A stretch of DNA of 64,000 nt from Azolla caroliniana (Eukaryota; Plantae; Polypodiophyta). Below, in pieces: positions 26,290-39,627 of this stretch. The stretch spans positions 28,024,001 to 28,088,000 of the forward strand of contig JBHGNT010000002.1 in the NCBI GenBank assembly GCA_043228905.1, in the 5' to 3' direction. Position 1 is the first letter of the stretch, and the number at the start of each line of letters is the position of its first letter. Under the pieces are notes generated by a model, which saw only the letters and a program-made list of their open reading frames with translations, ran no database searches and was not told the origin of the DNA. A program made the translations under genes and the position numbers.

Positions 26290-28991
26290 ATCTCCAATTT
26301 TTCATGCCTAAGAAGAAAAAATATGTTATGAATGGAATCTCTATGCATATTACAAACAGGGAAATTTCAACCCTCAAATCTATTTTGCAAAATAAGGACG
26401 TGAATGCTAGTTACTATGTTCATCTAGTAAAAGATAGTAGGTGCATGCAGTTTCACATTTCCTAAAACGTAATTGGCGAATTCATTCCACGGCACCCAAA
26501 AATCTACAGAAATCCTGGCTGATTTACTCTCCGTGCTGGCGTGCAAAGAAGAGAATACTTTGAAACCTCTATACATGAATTTTATTGCAGACATAGGCTT
26601 CAAGTACTCATGAAGTTTCTAGTGTTTGGGCCATATCTTACTGTTATATCTTCATTTAACTATCAATAAAAGAAATATGAAAAGGGTGCCACTCTTTCAG
26701 GCCAACAGGATGTCAAATCTTTGTTTGGCAACAATCTGGCTTCCTGGATATGAAATTAAGTTGTCACTAATAAAAACTTTTAGTAGAGTCTTTCTTCATT
26801 TATATAGAACTTCTCTAGTGGTGAAATTAAGCAAAATTGGTGGTTTAAGTGGAGTTTTACCACCCCAGGGGAATTCCATAGGCCAGTTTCAGTTCCTCTA
26901 TACTAGCTTAAGACTTCAAATATCAGTACTCTTCTTTAAAATATGATATGACATCAACATATTTAGCTTTACCTTTCGTTTATTGCTTGATGTATGCCCA
27001 TCAGAATTGCTAGTGAATTTCAAAAGAACATGACTGAAAATACCTAAACGCACCTTCATAGAGAGAGACCCAGCATTTAAGAATGAGTTACAACTTAGGT
27101 GAGGAAAAAATTGCCCATCCTCCCAATAAAATGAGATCCCGGATGACTAGATATAACCACATTATATTTTGACAAAATCATGTGACAATATGATATTTTC
27201 TGACTTCTTTGGAAATCAAAATAAAATTATTTTGTGTCCTCCATTGCATTATTGACTCCAAGCTTCTACAATCACTTTCCAATCATCATGCATAAGATTA
27301 TGTCAATTCTATTCAATTAGAAGAAATTTTCCTCTTTGTCAACATTCTTCTAAGCAAGTGTACTCTGTGTCGAAAGCATCTCTTTGAAATTTGTTTTGTG
27401 ACCCAATGTTAAGAAAATGACATGTGAGGAGTAAAATTATTAGCTTTGGACCTAGTTCTCTAAGCACATTGTACAGCTGAAATTTATCATGGTCAGGAGT
27501 GCCCTCTGCATGTGGATAATTGTGAGGGCAGATGAGGGTCGCCTCCAAAGTGATCATCTAGCATTATGCTTCAATAAGGAGGAAATCACCAAATCTGGTC
27601 TTGGATGTGGGTAGACACTAGTTTCTATTTCCTCAAGTGTTCAATCATATCATAAGCATTCCCAGTTATCAAACAACATTTAGAAGGAATTTTGTCTCTT
27701 CCACCTAAGAGATTTCATGTGTTTCCTAACTAGAACAGACTGATATCAGCAACATCCTCTTGTATTCATATTGATAATAGGCCCACTCTGTTTTTCAAGG
27801 ATTAACTCACAAATTAGGCCTTGCTGTATCTCTTGAACCCTTACTTCAAATTTCTTGGCATTGCAAAAGACAAATGTCATGCACAGCCAGGTGAAGAATC
27901 AATTTGGTTGCTGTGTCACGTCAAGAGTTTATCTGATTGTAGCAATTCTAGGAGTTGAGTACATTAAATCCAACGAATATAAGTTTGCTTAGGCAAAAGT
28001 CAAGCAAGCACTTCGCTACTATGATCATATTCATAAAAATATATATAATTGAGAGCTTTGACCTGATGCATCAAGGTAAGTTCAAGTCTGACAAGAGAAC
28101 GTATTGCCATCATGAGATCTTTAATTGAGGTAAAAACTTACTGCAATCTGTGTCAGAGTGTAAAGTTGTGTCTTACAAAGACACTATTAAGTAGGACCCT
28201 ACACTAAGTTAGGCATGAAGAACTTCCAAAGAGACAGAAACCCAATCAAACCACCAATTTAACTTAATTTCACCAATAGCGAAACTTTCTATGAGCAAAG
28301 AAATATCTCCTTAAGATTTTGGACTCAACAGACTTAATTCAAGTCTAACCAAATGAGCAGTTGCAATTTTCGGGAATAGAGCACATTCAACTCATCACCT
28401 CATTTGTAATTTTTCGATAAATGGTACTAGATCCAAAGACTTCTGATCTGATACTAATTCAAATAAAGGTAAGACTAACTAAAGGAAAATAGTTGAAATT
28501 CTCGAAACAGCCTCTAGGTTAAACCCAAACACTGGGTTTCGTTTGTTAAATGTAAGGAAGAATTGTTATGATAACAAATAAGCTTTCCTTAAAGCTATGA
28601 CTAAAGGATTTCTGGGAATGGAATATGATAAACTTATAGCTATATCGTTCACAGGAAAACGCTTACTGCCTATTAGAATTAAACTTCCCTTCCAGGTGTG
28701 ACTAAAGGGTCCCTGAGGATAGAACATGTTAAACTTATGAATAGATTTATAGAAGTCTGATGAATCTGAGCCTTGACCTGATCCTTCACGCTAAAATTGA
28801 CACTAAATAAAGGAACTGTTGCAATGGAGTGTAAGTTTTCTTAGCTGGAAGTCAGGTTTAAAACATTTACTATGATCATATATATCAAAATCGAAGAGAC
28901 CAAGCAAGCAATTTCTCCTGTAGTTAGGATCTCAGAAGTATTTACTGCTCCAGTTAGATCATATCTTTTCCAAAATGTTTCTTTCATCACA

Positions 28992-29534
28992 AATACCTCT
29001 TCTTCTTCGGAGCAAAAATAATATCACTGTAAAGAATCAGTAACCATTTCACTGAAAAAGAATCTGAAATTATTCACGGTTCCATTCTTCCTGAATAGAT
29101 TCATGACAAAGAATCTATTACCATTTTTCTTTAGTTTCTCACCACTTAGCCAATGCCTTCACACCAAACATTCTGTACAGAAAGTTTCACTTCATTTTGT
29201 GTAGTTAGAAAGGAAGAAATTTTCTTCTTGGCAAATTGATACCATTACTAAATAGCAGTTAGAAAGGAAGAAATTTTTTTCTCAGCTAATACCTGGTCTT
29301 CTTTCAGAGCAAAAATACTATCAATCACAGTAAAGAATCAGTAACCACTTCACAGAAAAAGAATCTGTAATTATTCACCGTTCATTCTGTTTCCTGAATA
29401 GTTTTCACGACAAAAGAATATATTATCATTTTTCTTCAGCTTCTCACCACTTAGCCAATGCCTTCACACAGCAAACATTCTGTACAGAAAGTTTCCCTTC
29501 TTTTCGTGCAGCTAGAAAGGAAGAAATTTTCTTA
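28992..29534. repeat. Two ~240-bp diverged direct repeats (period ~296) in the putative SWO1 5'-UTR intron
   Basis: aatacct...cactt agccaatgccttcaca...ttctgtacagaaagttt...agaaaggaagaaattttctt at ~28992 and ~29288. Confidence 0.88.
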
Positions 29535-30292
29535 CCACTACTTTGACACCCAAAAATTCTGCTGTTATACGTTTCTTGATGTGGTAAAAGATGAGAAATT
29601 CTTGTCGGAAAGAAGAAAAAGAATCAGAAAACGGGTAACTTCAGAAGCCAAGAATCTGTAGCAGACATTTTCCCTTGGGAACGTCCCATTGTCAGAAGTA
29701 GAATCTAAGCCACAATTCAGTGGAAAAAAACTAGTATTCCTGAAACGTCGAAAATCTGCACTAAATATTTTTATCGATGCTCAAAAAATAGGGAGAATTT
29801 TTTTTAACCCACAAATTCGATAGCAAAAAACGAGCAATTTCTCTGCACTTTTCAAATTCAGAATCTCCTCTTGGATCAGCTCCCTCTCCCTTGTCTCTCT
29901 CTCTCTCTCTGTGTGTCTCTCTCTCCCTTCCTCTCTCTGTAGCGTAGAAAATAAAAAAAAAGATCGCATAACCAACCTGTGAACTGTATCTCCTCCGTTC
30001 CCTGGCCCGTTCCTTCCTCGAAGATTCTAGTCAGGAAATGATCATATGGAGCGATCCAAAAAGGGCTCGTAGATCAGCAAACAGAAAGCGCTCTAAGAGT
30101 TCAGACAGGTATTAGGGCAAGATTAGGGATTGGGGGGGTAAAAAGCAAAATTAGGATCAGTCAGGTGCAAATTGGAGTGAAAGCCAGGAAAAAAGGGGGG
30201 GGAGACAAAGAGAGAGAAAGGATGGATCATAGAATTAGAGAGACGAGAGAATTTTTGCCGGTGGCTGTGCCTGTGTCTGTGTCTGTGGTTTT

Positions 30293-30322
30293 GAGAGAGA
30301 GAGAGAGAGAGAGGAGTGAGTG

Positions 30323-30371
<49 letters not shown>

Positions 30372-30725
30372 GGAGAGGGACAATGATGAAAGAGAAAAAT
30401 GGGAGGGGGAAAACATCTTTTTGCGTGCATTTTTATTTATTTAATTAATTAACATTTGTTTTTTTTTTTATCGTTTGTTAATCTTTGTTTACTTATTTAT
30501 TCATTTATTCATTTATTTATTATCTATTTTTTATTTATTTGTTTATTTATTCATGTATTTACTTATTTATTTATTTATTCATTTACGCATTTTTTTAAAA
30601 CTCAAACTTTTTACTTTTTTAACATCTCAACACAAAGGCTCCCTCCTTCGCTGTGTGCGTGCGTCTCTACGAATTCTAAATAATCTCAATTTTGCCCTCC
30701 AGCCCCCCCCCCCCCCCCCCCCCCC
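30293..30725. repeat. Simple-sequence cluster at the likely SWO1 transcription start: (GA)n, (GT)n, (TTTA)n-like tract, poly-C
   Basis: Directly visible. A minus-strand donor-like site (CAG|GT) near 29975 suggests a non-coding first exon and a ~3.6-kb leader intron region. Confidence 0.85.
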
Positions 30726-31490
30726 AAACTTTCCCAGGTTTCTAATAATTCCCATTGTACCCCTTTTGTTTGCTTACTTTATGTGAGAGACCAAAAAACA
30801 AAAAATAATCAATTCATATGTGATGCAAATCACTGCATTCTTTGCTCGATGATGGGATGCGATTGGTGCAAGGGTTTTCTTCTTGTAACACAATCCATCT
30901 CTCCACTTCTTCCTATTTCACGAACTTTCAATTATTATGTAGCTCATCGTCCACTTCTCTATTTTGTGGCTACCTCGTCCAATCGTTCACCGAACACAGT
31001 TCATGATTTGCTCAACATCTGAGCTTATTCACTCCATCAAACCTAAACTCACCTTAAATTATTGAGCTCCATTTGAACAATGTTTTATGGATTACTTCAA
31101 TCTTTCATCATAAAATTCTAGTTTTACATGCATTAGCTTGAAATAATGTTTTATTGGTTGTAAAGTGGTAACCTTGAACCACACATGGTAAATCCTTAGT
31201 GGCACTCTACATTTCTACACTTCACGTTGTTTCAAATTTGTCACACTTTTTGTGCAATGAATACATCTGCCCATTGAATGTCCTTTTTCGCAACTCATTA
31301 CTATGTGGAACTTATTCGGATGAGGAAAAGGGTATGATCTACTTATCAATCAATTTATTTATTTTAAGACATCCATTCATGCAACCAAACATTATTCTCA
31401 CTCAAGAAAATGGAACCAATGCTACTATTGAAATTTGAAATGTTAAATGTTTATAATTAACTATGCGAACTATAGTCCATATCCTTGATT

Positions 31491-31832
31491 CATTGTTGTA
31501 GAATACTTAGCATAAAATATGTGTGCTATTCTACAAGTATCCTAACTTTTTTTAACAAATACTTAGAATACGTATTTTACAGATAAAATACATTAAATAC
31601 GTGTAGAATTCTTAGGATACGCATAGAATACTTGTAAAATACGTTAAATACTTCTTAAAATTTAAAGTTTTTTATTCAAACAAAAAATTTAACTTTTTTG
31701 AAATGATAAATACTTGTTAAATATGTCAAAATTTAAAAAACGGCAGTTCTAAAACGTAGAATATGTGTAGAATACTTCAGAGTATTCTAAAACGTATTCT
31801 AAACGTAGAATACATGTTTTTTAACAACTATG
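31491..31832. mobile_element. hAT-superfamily MITE (342 bp), a different family from the one at 14536
   Basis: Imperfect TIRs CATTGTTGTA...TAACAACTATG. Perfect 8-bp TSD CCTTGATT at 31483-31490 and 31833-31840. Repeated AGAATAC/GTATTCT subterminal motifs. Confidence 0.88.
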
Positions 31833-32879
31833 CCTTGATTAGCATTTATTTCGTTGAATGTTTGCCACTTCCCTCAAAGTTTTGTGGAAAAGTTGTGATG
31901 TGATGAGATGTGATAGGGATATCCTATGCTAGTTCTATCTACTAGGTAGCTGCATGTGAATGATTCAGACAACAAATATTGATCACAATTTAAGAATGCC
32001 TATGATTTATATCGGCGTGGAAAAAACAATACAAAGCTTGTTCATACATAATAACATTGATCAAGGAAATCTTACACTATTATAGCCTAAACTACATTAA
32101 TATCATGATTTGTTGTACTTCTACGTCAATATACTTGAATGATTGATAACATCACCATTGTTTCATTCTAGATGAACCTATATTGTGTGTAGAATCGAGA
32201 CAATATGTTTTTTTCTTTTCGACATTCGTAGTATTCAATATTGGCTTTTCTGCACATTCCCCGATGAAGAACATCCAAAAACTCTTACAAAATAGTGATA
32301 AAGCACTCTCGATTGTGATGCACTCCTCACGATCAGAAAGATCGAGTATTATTGAGCATGAAATTAAAATTACATCTATAAAAAAATGACAACTATTTTT
32401 GTCATCTTCCTCAAATGTTGTCCTAACAAATAGTTACTTATGTGAATATAGATATATATATACAGTCTTATAGATATATACGGCTAAAAAATTAATTTCG
32501 TGGAATTTTAATATCATCCGTAACAAGGAGAAATCTAATTCATGGTAAGGGGTTATAGAATTTAGATACTTGTGTATTTGAAGCACGAGGAGAAACATCT
32601 AGAGGGTGAACATATTACATGGTTATCCCTACAAATCTATTTGCAATTACGTGAATATTAATTTCATACATGTAAACCTACCTTGTGTGGGATCACATTT
32701 GTGTAAATTACACAATGAGACTCAAGCAATAAAATATTGAAGTCAAATTGTTTGGTTGAGCAGCAATTAAAGTGTAGCAATTACCCATTTGAAAGCCTAA
32801 GTACATGGTCTTACTTTTATTATGACTAATCTATGACTACCATGTCAGTAATACGTTCCTTTCCCAAAGTTGCCTACCA

Positions 32880-33460
32880 TGCCTAGTGAAACCAACACAT
32901 CGAGATAGATTTTGGCAAGACGATAAGGTTTATTGCTAGGTAAAAGCTTGATGTCAATTGGTTGTGTGGAAGTTAAAATCCCACGTGGTAGAAATCATAT
33001 ATCCTATGAACCCTGCATTATTGCCCCACCTTTTTTTCAACCAATGAACTAGTGATACTCAAAGGCTTTCTTTAGACAATAAATGTGCCTACATGTTTTG
33101 TTGTCTTGGTCTCCAAATTTTTCGACTTGGCATAGTGCCCTTGTTTTTTAAATTACAATAAATGAGAATTTAGATGTTTGCATGCCAATTTTGCCATGAT
33201 TCATTTCCACTCTTTGTGAACCAAGCCTAAACAATTGCCCTTCCAATTTTTTGCGACTACCAAATGTCACCATGTCAAGTTCAATCAACCACTCTCCAAA
33301 GGACTATGTCATTGTCCATGTGCACCTGATGACATTTTGCGATGTCAATACTATGTTGTTTTTCCAAAAAGGTTGTTGGGACTTATTTACCACTTTATCT
33401 CTATTGCTTGTAGCCAATGATTGTACAACATTTCAACATTGCCCCTTTTTTGAAAGTTTC
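32880..33460 (-). mobile_element. Possible degenerate hAT transposase (DUF659-type) remnant
   Basis: The minus strand gives NVVQ (cf. NVVQVVTDN), then FW...QHSIDI (cf. FWTPCAAHCIDL), then RP...TFI (cf. RP..TRFAT.F) in the right order. Frameshifted. Confidence 0.33.
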
Positions 33461-33899
33461 ATTTTACACATGCCTAAGTTTAGTGATAAGAGGTTGTAGA
33501 GAACCCACACCATCTCTTGAGAAGTTGCAAGAACAACAAGAAGACACTGACAAATGGAAATAGAGGGTGAGATCTATCAATAAGAAGACCATCGATGCAG
33601 AAGAATGGACATAAGTTATTACAACTGGATGTGAAACTAGAGACCTGGCGAGATATGACACTTAAAGAAGTTTATAGAGACACTTAAATCCAAGTGACCA
33701 AAAATAGAGCCATGTTAAAAAAGGGAAAACACCAAATTTGCCCTTTTTCTATGCATGTGACAATATTTTTTTTAAATGACCATAACACCTTTCCATGCTA
33801 GCAACAAATTTTGCTACTTCAGAAGGGAGATGCTCTTTATTGTTGGTTCATTCACAATGATGTAGGAAGGATATTTTAGTTGTATGACCTACAATAGCG

Positions 33900-34545
33900 A
33901 AATCAATGCCACCTAAAATTGATGCACGTGCACCAAAGTCACTGACCTCAGAAGTGTCAACTCTTAAGAGGCACATAAATGAAAGTCACTAGCTTTAGAG
34001 GCACATACAAGTGAATGGCAACACTAAATTTTGGAGGGATACAAATACCAATGCCACCAAATGCATAAGCATATATAAACCAAAGTGAATGACCTTAGAC
34101 AATCCCTCCGGCAATCTCTATTTGATTGTCTGCAACTTAGAGACATCATACTGCAAATTTACACTCTTTACTTTGAGTGCTTTTAAGCTCTTTCATGTCT
34201 AATCGACACTTGTAAATTTCTCTTTATTCTTGTAGGTTTTCACCTCACTTTGAGGTTTCCCACTAGTAATAAAAGTGTTACTAAAAAAAAAGACCTTAGA
34301 CAAAGAAAAGCTGACAACGCCGTCAAATTTAGAGGCATAGAATAAAGTAAGGGTCATATAAAAACCAAAGTCTACCAATTGTAGAGGCATATAAAAACCC
34401 AATGCCACTAACATTAATTTTAGAGGGGAACACAAAGAAAACCGACGCCACATAACATAAAAAGACACAATACAGGCCAAACCCATTAAGTTTCAAGAGA
34501 CATATAGAAACCAAAAAGGCCCAAACTGTAAAGAGGCATGTTCGA
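33900..34545. repeat. Degenerate ~35-bp repeats built on tagaggcata...aaaccaa..ccac, possibly transposon subterminal repeats
   Basis: agaggca(c/t)a motif recurs at ~33968, 33997, 34331, 34383 and 34532, with similar spacers. Confidence 0.45.
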
Positions 34546-36329
34546 GACCAGAGTCAAACGAACTTCAAGAGAGTTATATACGAAGCAAAGGGAGGGATTC
34601 AAGGAGCGGACAAAGCTGGAAATCCAGATATGTACATTCCCTACAATGGAGGTAAACATGGTGGTAACGGGACCCGTTGTCTCATAGATCACAATCGGTC
34701 TCTCGTGGGGCATTAGAAGGTTATACGTGTAATCAATCCATCCATCAATCAATCAATCTCTATGGCTTAAGAAGCTATGACCACAATACATGGGTCCGAG
34801 TGAAGGAGGGATGGGTACCGAGAAACGCAAAAGTGTGTGCTTGGGGTTGGCCTTACGCGAACAAACCAAAAGGTCCCCCTCAATTTAATTGAATTAATTT
34901 CAAGAAGAAAAAGAAGACGAGTAAAATCAAAATCACTCAATAAATACAAGGAAAATATGAAAGAGAAGGGATCAAAATTGGGGAACAGAAATAGAAATAG
35001 TTTTAAAAGAATATACAAAACAGAAAGAAAATCAATCGATCGATTAAATTAATTAATGGGTTGATTAATAATTAATTGCCAAGAAGATGGACGCCTTTCT
35101 TCTTCTTCTTGGTCTTCTTTCCTTCCCCAACCCCAAGCTTTCTTCTTCGTTTCTTCTTGATCAATCCATCCATCCATCCAATCTTCACTCAACCTGCGGC
35201 AAAATCTGCTCATTCCATGCCGCTGATCACACGTATCGCCCCAAGAAGAACCAGAATCTCCCTCCGATCTGATCGAACTGGAAATCAAATCCCTGACTCC
35301 TTTCCTATCTGTCTATATGTATCGCATGTGCCATTTCCTTTGCACGGGTAAGAAAAGGATTTCATATCTGGTTCGGCGGCGGTGACTTATTCAGAAACGG
35401 CAGAAAACAGCTCTTGTCAAAGCTAAATTTCATCGTCTTCCATTTCTCCGGCTTAGCTTTCTTCCAAACGCCTTGGTTCAAATCTCAGGTACTAACAAGA
35501 ATCTCTTGCAAAAGGCATAAAAAAGTTAATAAGGATCGAGAATACCGACTAAAAGAAGAAGGATACGGAGAAGAATCAGAGCAGACGACGGAAGGAGCTT
35601 GAATTTCAAATCAGAAATCAACTCATAAGAAACAGCATCAGAATCTCTTTAAAACAACAGACACATGTACACACGCGCACACACACACACACACATTTCA
35701 CATCAGAATCTCTATCTATTACCATAATTTCACATCAGAATCAAGACTTCTCTTAAGAAACAGCATCAGAATCTCTGTGGAAAACCACACACACACATAT
35801 TTCGTCATCTTTCATGGGTAGGGTATAAAATGCTTTTCGGGCTCATTTTCTGCTCATCTTAGGTAGCGAAGAATCACATATAAAACAACAAAACTATCAT
35901 CAGTATCATTTCTCTTTAGAATCAACCAAAGCTTTGGAGATACGTACATAGTTCATCATCGTTGTATCATTGTTCGGGTTTTTTCCACCTTCTTTTACTT
36001 GGAATTCTACAAAAGATACTATATTCCATCAGGATCAGTGATCTATTCCATATTCTACTAGTGGATCAATACTAGAAATTATTTGCAAAAGACCTAAAAC
36101 TTTCATAGGGTCAGTCCGTACTCTGTATTTCTGTGAAGGACTGGATTTTCTGCCTTCTTTTTATGAAGAATTATCTGCAAAAGGCTTAAAAGAAATTAAT
36201 CACGTGCAGTGCTCTAGTGGATTCTCTGCAAAAGATCTCAAAACGTTGTCAGAATCAGTACGATTTCACTGCAAAAGATTCAAGAACAGTGCTCAATCCT
36301 GAGTAGGAAAAGTTCATCTATAAGAGAGA

Positions 36330-39300
36330 ATGGGGTGCATTTCGTCAAAGTCTTCTGAAAGTAAGTATTTGATTTCATCCCAATCTGCTGATAGTAAGTT
36401 CCCCGTTCTTAAATTTCTCATTACTGTCCTCCGCCCTGGTACCTTTACCCTCAGATTTTGGGCTTATGTTTCTTGCTTCTCTTTTTCTCTACTATTTTGT
36501 GACCGCATAAACATTAGACAAGGATATGGAAAATAGAAAAAAAAACATTTAATTTTTTTTCATCTACTATTTGCAATCACAAAAGGATTAGACGAGGATA
36601 TGAAAAGTCACAGAATCGACTTTTGACTTTTTAGTCTACTGTTTTTGATCCCAAAAAGATTAAACCTGGACAGGAAAATCACAGAAAGGACTGTCTGCTG
36701 TTTGTGTGATGCCAAACTTATTAGATCAGAGCATGAAGAATTCCAGAGAAACAACCGGTTTTTAAAATTTTCTCCGTCTCAGTACTTGTTTTCATTATTT
36801 CTTTTTGATGATAGCGAATTGCAGGCACATTGCTGCTTTCAGACAAAATACATAGAGATACTTACATAGATTTCAAGTTCAAATGCTCAAACTTAGTACC
36901 CCTTTGCACTACTTTTAGTGTCTTGATACTATTAAAACATTGATTTGGTAAAGCTACATACACAGGTATAGAACTACCAATATATAAATTATGTCAAGTA
37001 CTTGTCAGCTTACCTATACACAGTTCCTTTGTGTTCCTTTGTTATATACATGCATTTGAGTGCAGGTATCAATGCATGTATTGCCACAGAAGTTTGTTGC
37101 TTCAAGATATGAATATGCTTATTCTCCCTAAATCTTGTCTTTCCATATTGCCACAGAAAGTTTGTTGTTTCAAAATTTGAATATGGTTATTGTTCCTAAA
37201 TCTTGTCTTTCATTGGTAATTAGTGTCATCTATATGCCTTTACAGAGGTGAAAACTCTTGTGCTATACTCATCGGCTTATCTTACAAAAACAACCATGGA
37301 GGTTGTAGCCATAAATGTTAAAAAAACCTGTAAATTTGAGGCAAAATATCAAGCTTAGTAGACAAGCCTTTTAATGCAAATAAATGGTTTTAAGGAATTT
37401 GCTTATTCCAGAAACTCAGGCAATCTAATGAGCTGCATTATATCTCAGGAACTCAAAAGAAGCTGAGAAAACCAAAACCTTGGAAGCATTCAGAGCCTAT
37501 AACACGAGCTCAATTAAAGCAGATGCGTGATGAGTTTTGGGATACTGCACCACACTATGGAGGAAAACGAGGTAATTTAGCAATTACCATACATGTTCTG
37601 GAACACAATTTACAGTAAGCTTTTGCATGAAATCATCCCTAATTTGCAAAAATTATGTCCATTTCTCATAGATGTATGGAAAATATTATGAAATGGCTAT
37701 GAAGTTAGTTATATCACGAGGTTAAATTTAGGCTGCAAATGATCCAAAATTGCTACATAATAATCTCAATTCTGTGGTCTTATGTAAAAGGAAATGAAGA
37801 ATAGAAGTTCTAGTCTTACCATAGAAATATAGCATGCTATGAATAACTCAGTGATATGCTGATCCATTAGTGCTTCAGTAATATGCTGATGCATTGGTAT
37901 CTCGAATCTCAGCATCATGCCTTTGTTTCTATCCAAAGGTTTCATCCTGAAACCTCTCTATGAATAATGTGTGCATAGCAATCAAAATATTGTATCCTCT
38001 AAGCCTCTTCAGAAATGTTCCTTTATTCTTTTATGCCTTCTGGTTTTGGAATGTTATTTATCAGCTGTTCATGACCAAGTATCTTGGTTGGCTATGGGTG
38101 ATCATATCGTTAGAATTGGCCATGATAAGCGCAACATGTGAGTCCACATATCAGATTTAAAAGTGAATTCTGGCCATAGTTTCTGGACTCACCTGGAGCA
38201 AAAATTTGTATTGAACACACTACAAGGCATTTCACAACTATATATGTGATTTATCAGCTGTTCGTGACCAAGTATCTTGGTCGGCTATGGGTGATCATAT
38301 CGTTAGAATGGCCATGATAGGTGCAACATGTGAGTACACATATCAGATTTATAAGTGAATTCTGGCCATAGTTTCTGGACTCACCAGGAGCAAAAATTTG
38401 TATTGAACACAGTGCAAGGCATTTCACAGCTATATATGCTATTTATCATCTGTTCATGACCAAGTATCTTGGTTGGCTATGGGTGATCATATCGTTAGAA
38501 TGGCCATGATAGTTGCAACTTGTGAGTACACATATCAGTTTTATAAGTGAATTCTGGCCATAGTTTCTGGACTCACCAGGAGCAAAAGTTTGCATTGAAC
38601 ACACTATAAGGCGTTTCACAACCATATATGCTGAAATTATGTTCCAATTTGCGTAGTTCTGAGTGTTTCTGGGAGGGGAATATCGTCTGACTATAATCCT
38701 ATTTATTCATGGAATCATGAGCAAGAAGAAGATCGATATGCAACATGATAGCGAAACCTAGCTTTTAAGGTGTTAATACAGGTGGACAGATGATACAGGC
38801 CTTACTTTCTATAGATGGAAATACCTCTGATATAATACACATGTCAAGAACAGATCTTCTGGATAATATTTTTATACAATTTCATGCTTCATAAACAAAT
38901 TTCGAAGATACATAATTTGCAAAGCTGTTAACTACTAACATGCCTGCCTGCTTGGGTGATGTGAATGGTGGATGTACCATCTACAAGATTGGAGCTTTTA
39001 ATCTTCTAAATTTATACTAGCTGTGTGCAGAGATTTGGGATGCTCTTCATGCTGCTTCAGAAGCTGAAATAAGTCTTGCACAGGCAATTGTAAATAGTGC
39101 TGGCATCATCGTCACCTCAGACGACTTATCGACATGCTATGACGAGAGGGGTAATTTGTTTTTTAATGCAGCATCTCATACTGCTTCTTTGAGTACATGA
39201 ACTTCCCTGAATTCATCCATGTTCATTAATTTATCCATGCTGTTTAATTGGAGAAAACTCTGAAAAAGGTTCCATAAATGCCTCCAATGAACCCCAATGG

Positions 39301-39627
39301 GAATTTCAAATTGATTCCACGAAAATTGGTTAATATAGCACATAAATTTGAGAAAAAGTGGATAACATGGCTATATAATTGCTGAAATAGCACATTTTAT
39401 TGCTAGAGTGATGGTTGACTGAGGAAATTTCTGGAATAATGTAAACTAAGGGGCATTTTGGAGTAGTTTCCTTGTTCATTTGACTTCCCTTATTTATTCA
39501 TGTTCATTACCTTGAAGTTTCCCTTATTTATCCTTGTTTGTGTAACTTCATTTTGGGCGCAGGTGCAAGATATGATTTGCCAAAGCATGTTCTTAGTGAA
39601 CCTGTCAATATCTTGAAGGATGAATGA
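36330..39627 (+). CDS. Ubiquitin domain-containing protein (UBTD1/2, DC-UbP N-terminal ubiquitin-binding domain), 112 aa
   Basis: Exons 36330-36360, 37449-37571, 39031-39150 and 39563-39627 (all phase-1 introns, GT-AG) give MGCISSKSSERTQKKLRKPKPWKHSEPITRAQLKQMRDEFWDTAPHYGGKREIWDALHAASEAEISLAQAIVNSAGIIVTSDDLSTCYDERGARYDLPKHVLSEPVNILKDE. EFWDTAP.YGG..EIWDAL and CYDERG..Y.LP are family hallmarks. MGC is a myristoylation/palmitoylation-type start. Confidence 0.93.
37079..37211. repeat. ~67-bp tandem duplication in UBTD intron 1
   Basis: tattgccacagaa(a)gtttgttg...cctaaatcttgtcttt occurs twice. Confidence 0.88.
38056..38632. repeat. Three near-identical 192-193-bp tandem units in UBTD intron 2
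   Basis: Units start with atttatca(g/t)ctgttc at 38056, 38249 and 38441 and differ by a few substitutions. Confidence 0.95.

Noticed and set aside
30123-30786. ORFs with HTHTHT, SLSLSL, FIYLF or poly-P runs (also at 6974-7315, 47851-48252, 56990-57329)
   Set aside because: These are translations of microsatellites, not proteins.
38056-38632. CRISPR-like or snoRNA array
   Set aside because: Whole units repeat with no unique spacers, the context is a eukaryotic intron, and no convincing terminal C/D or H/ACA boxes were found.
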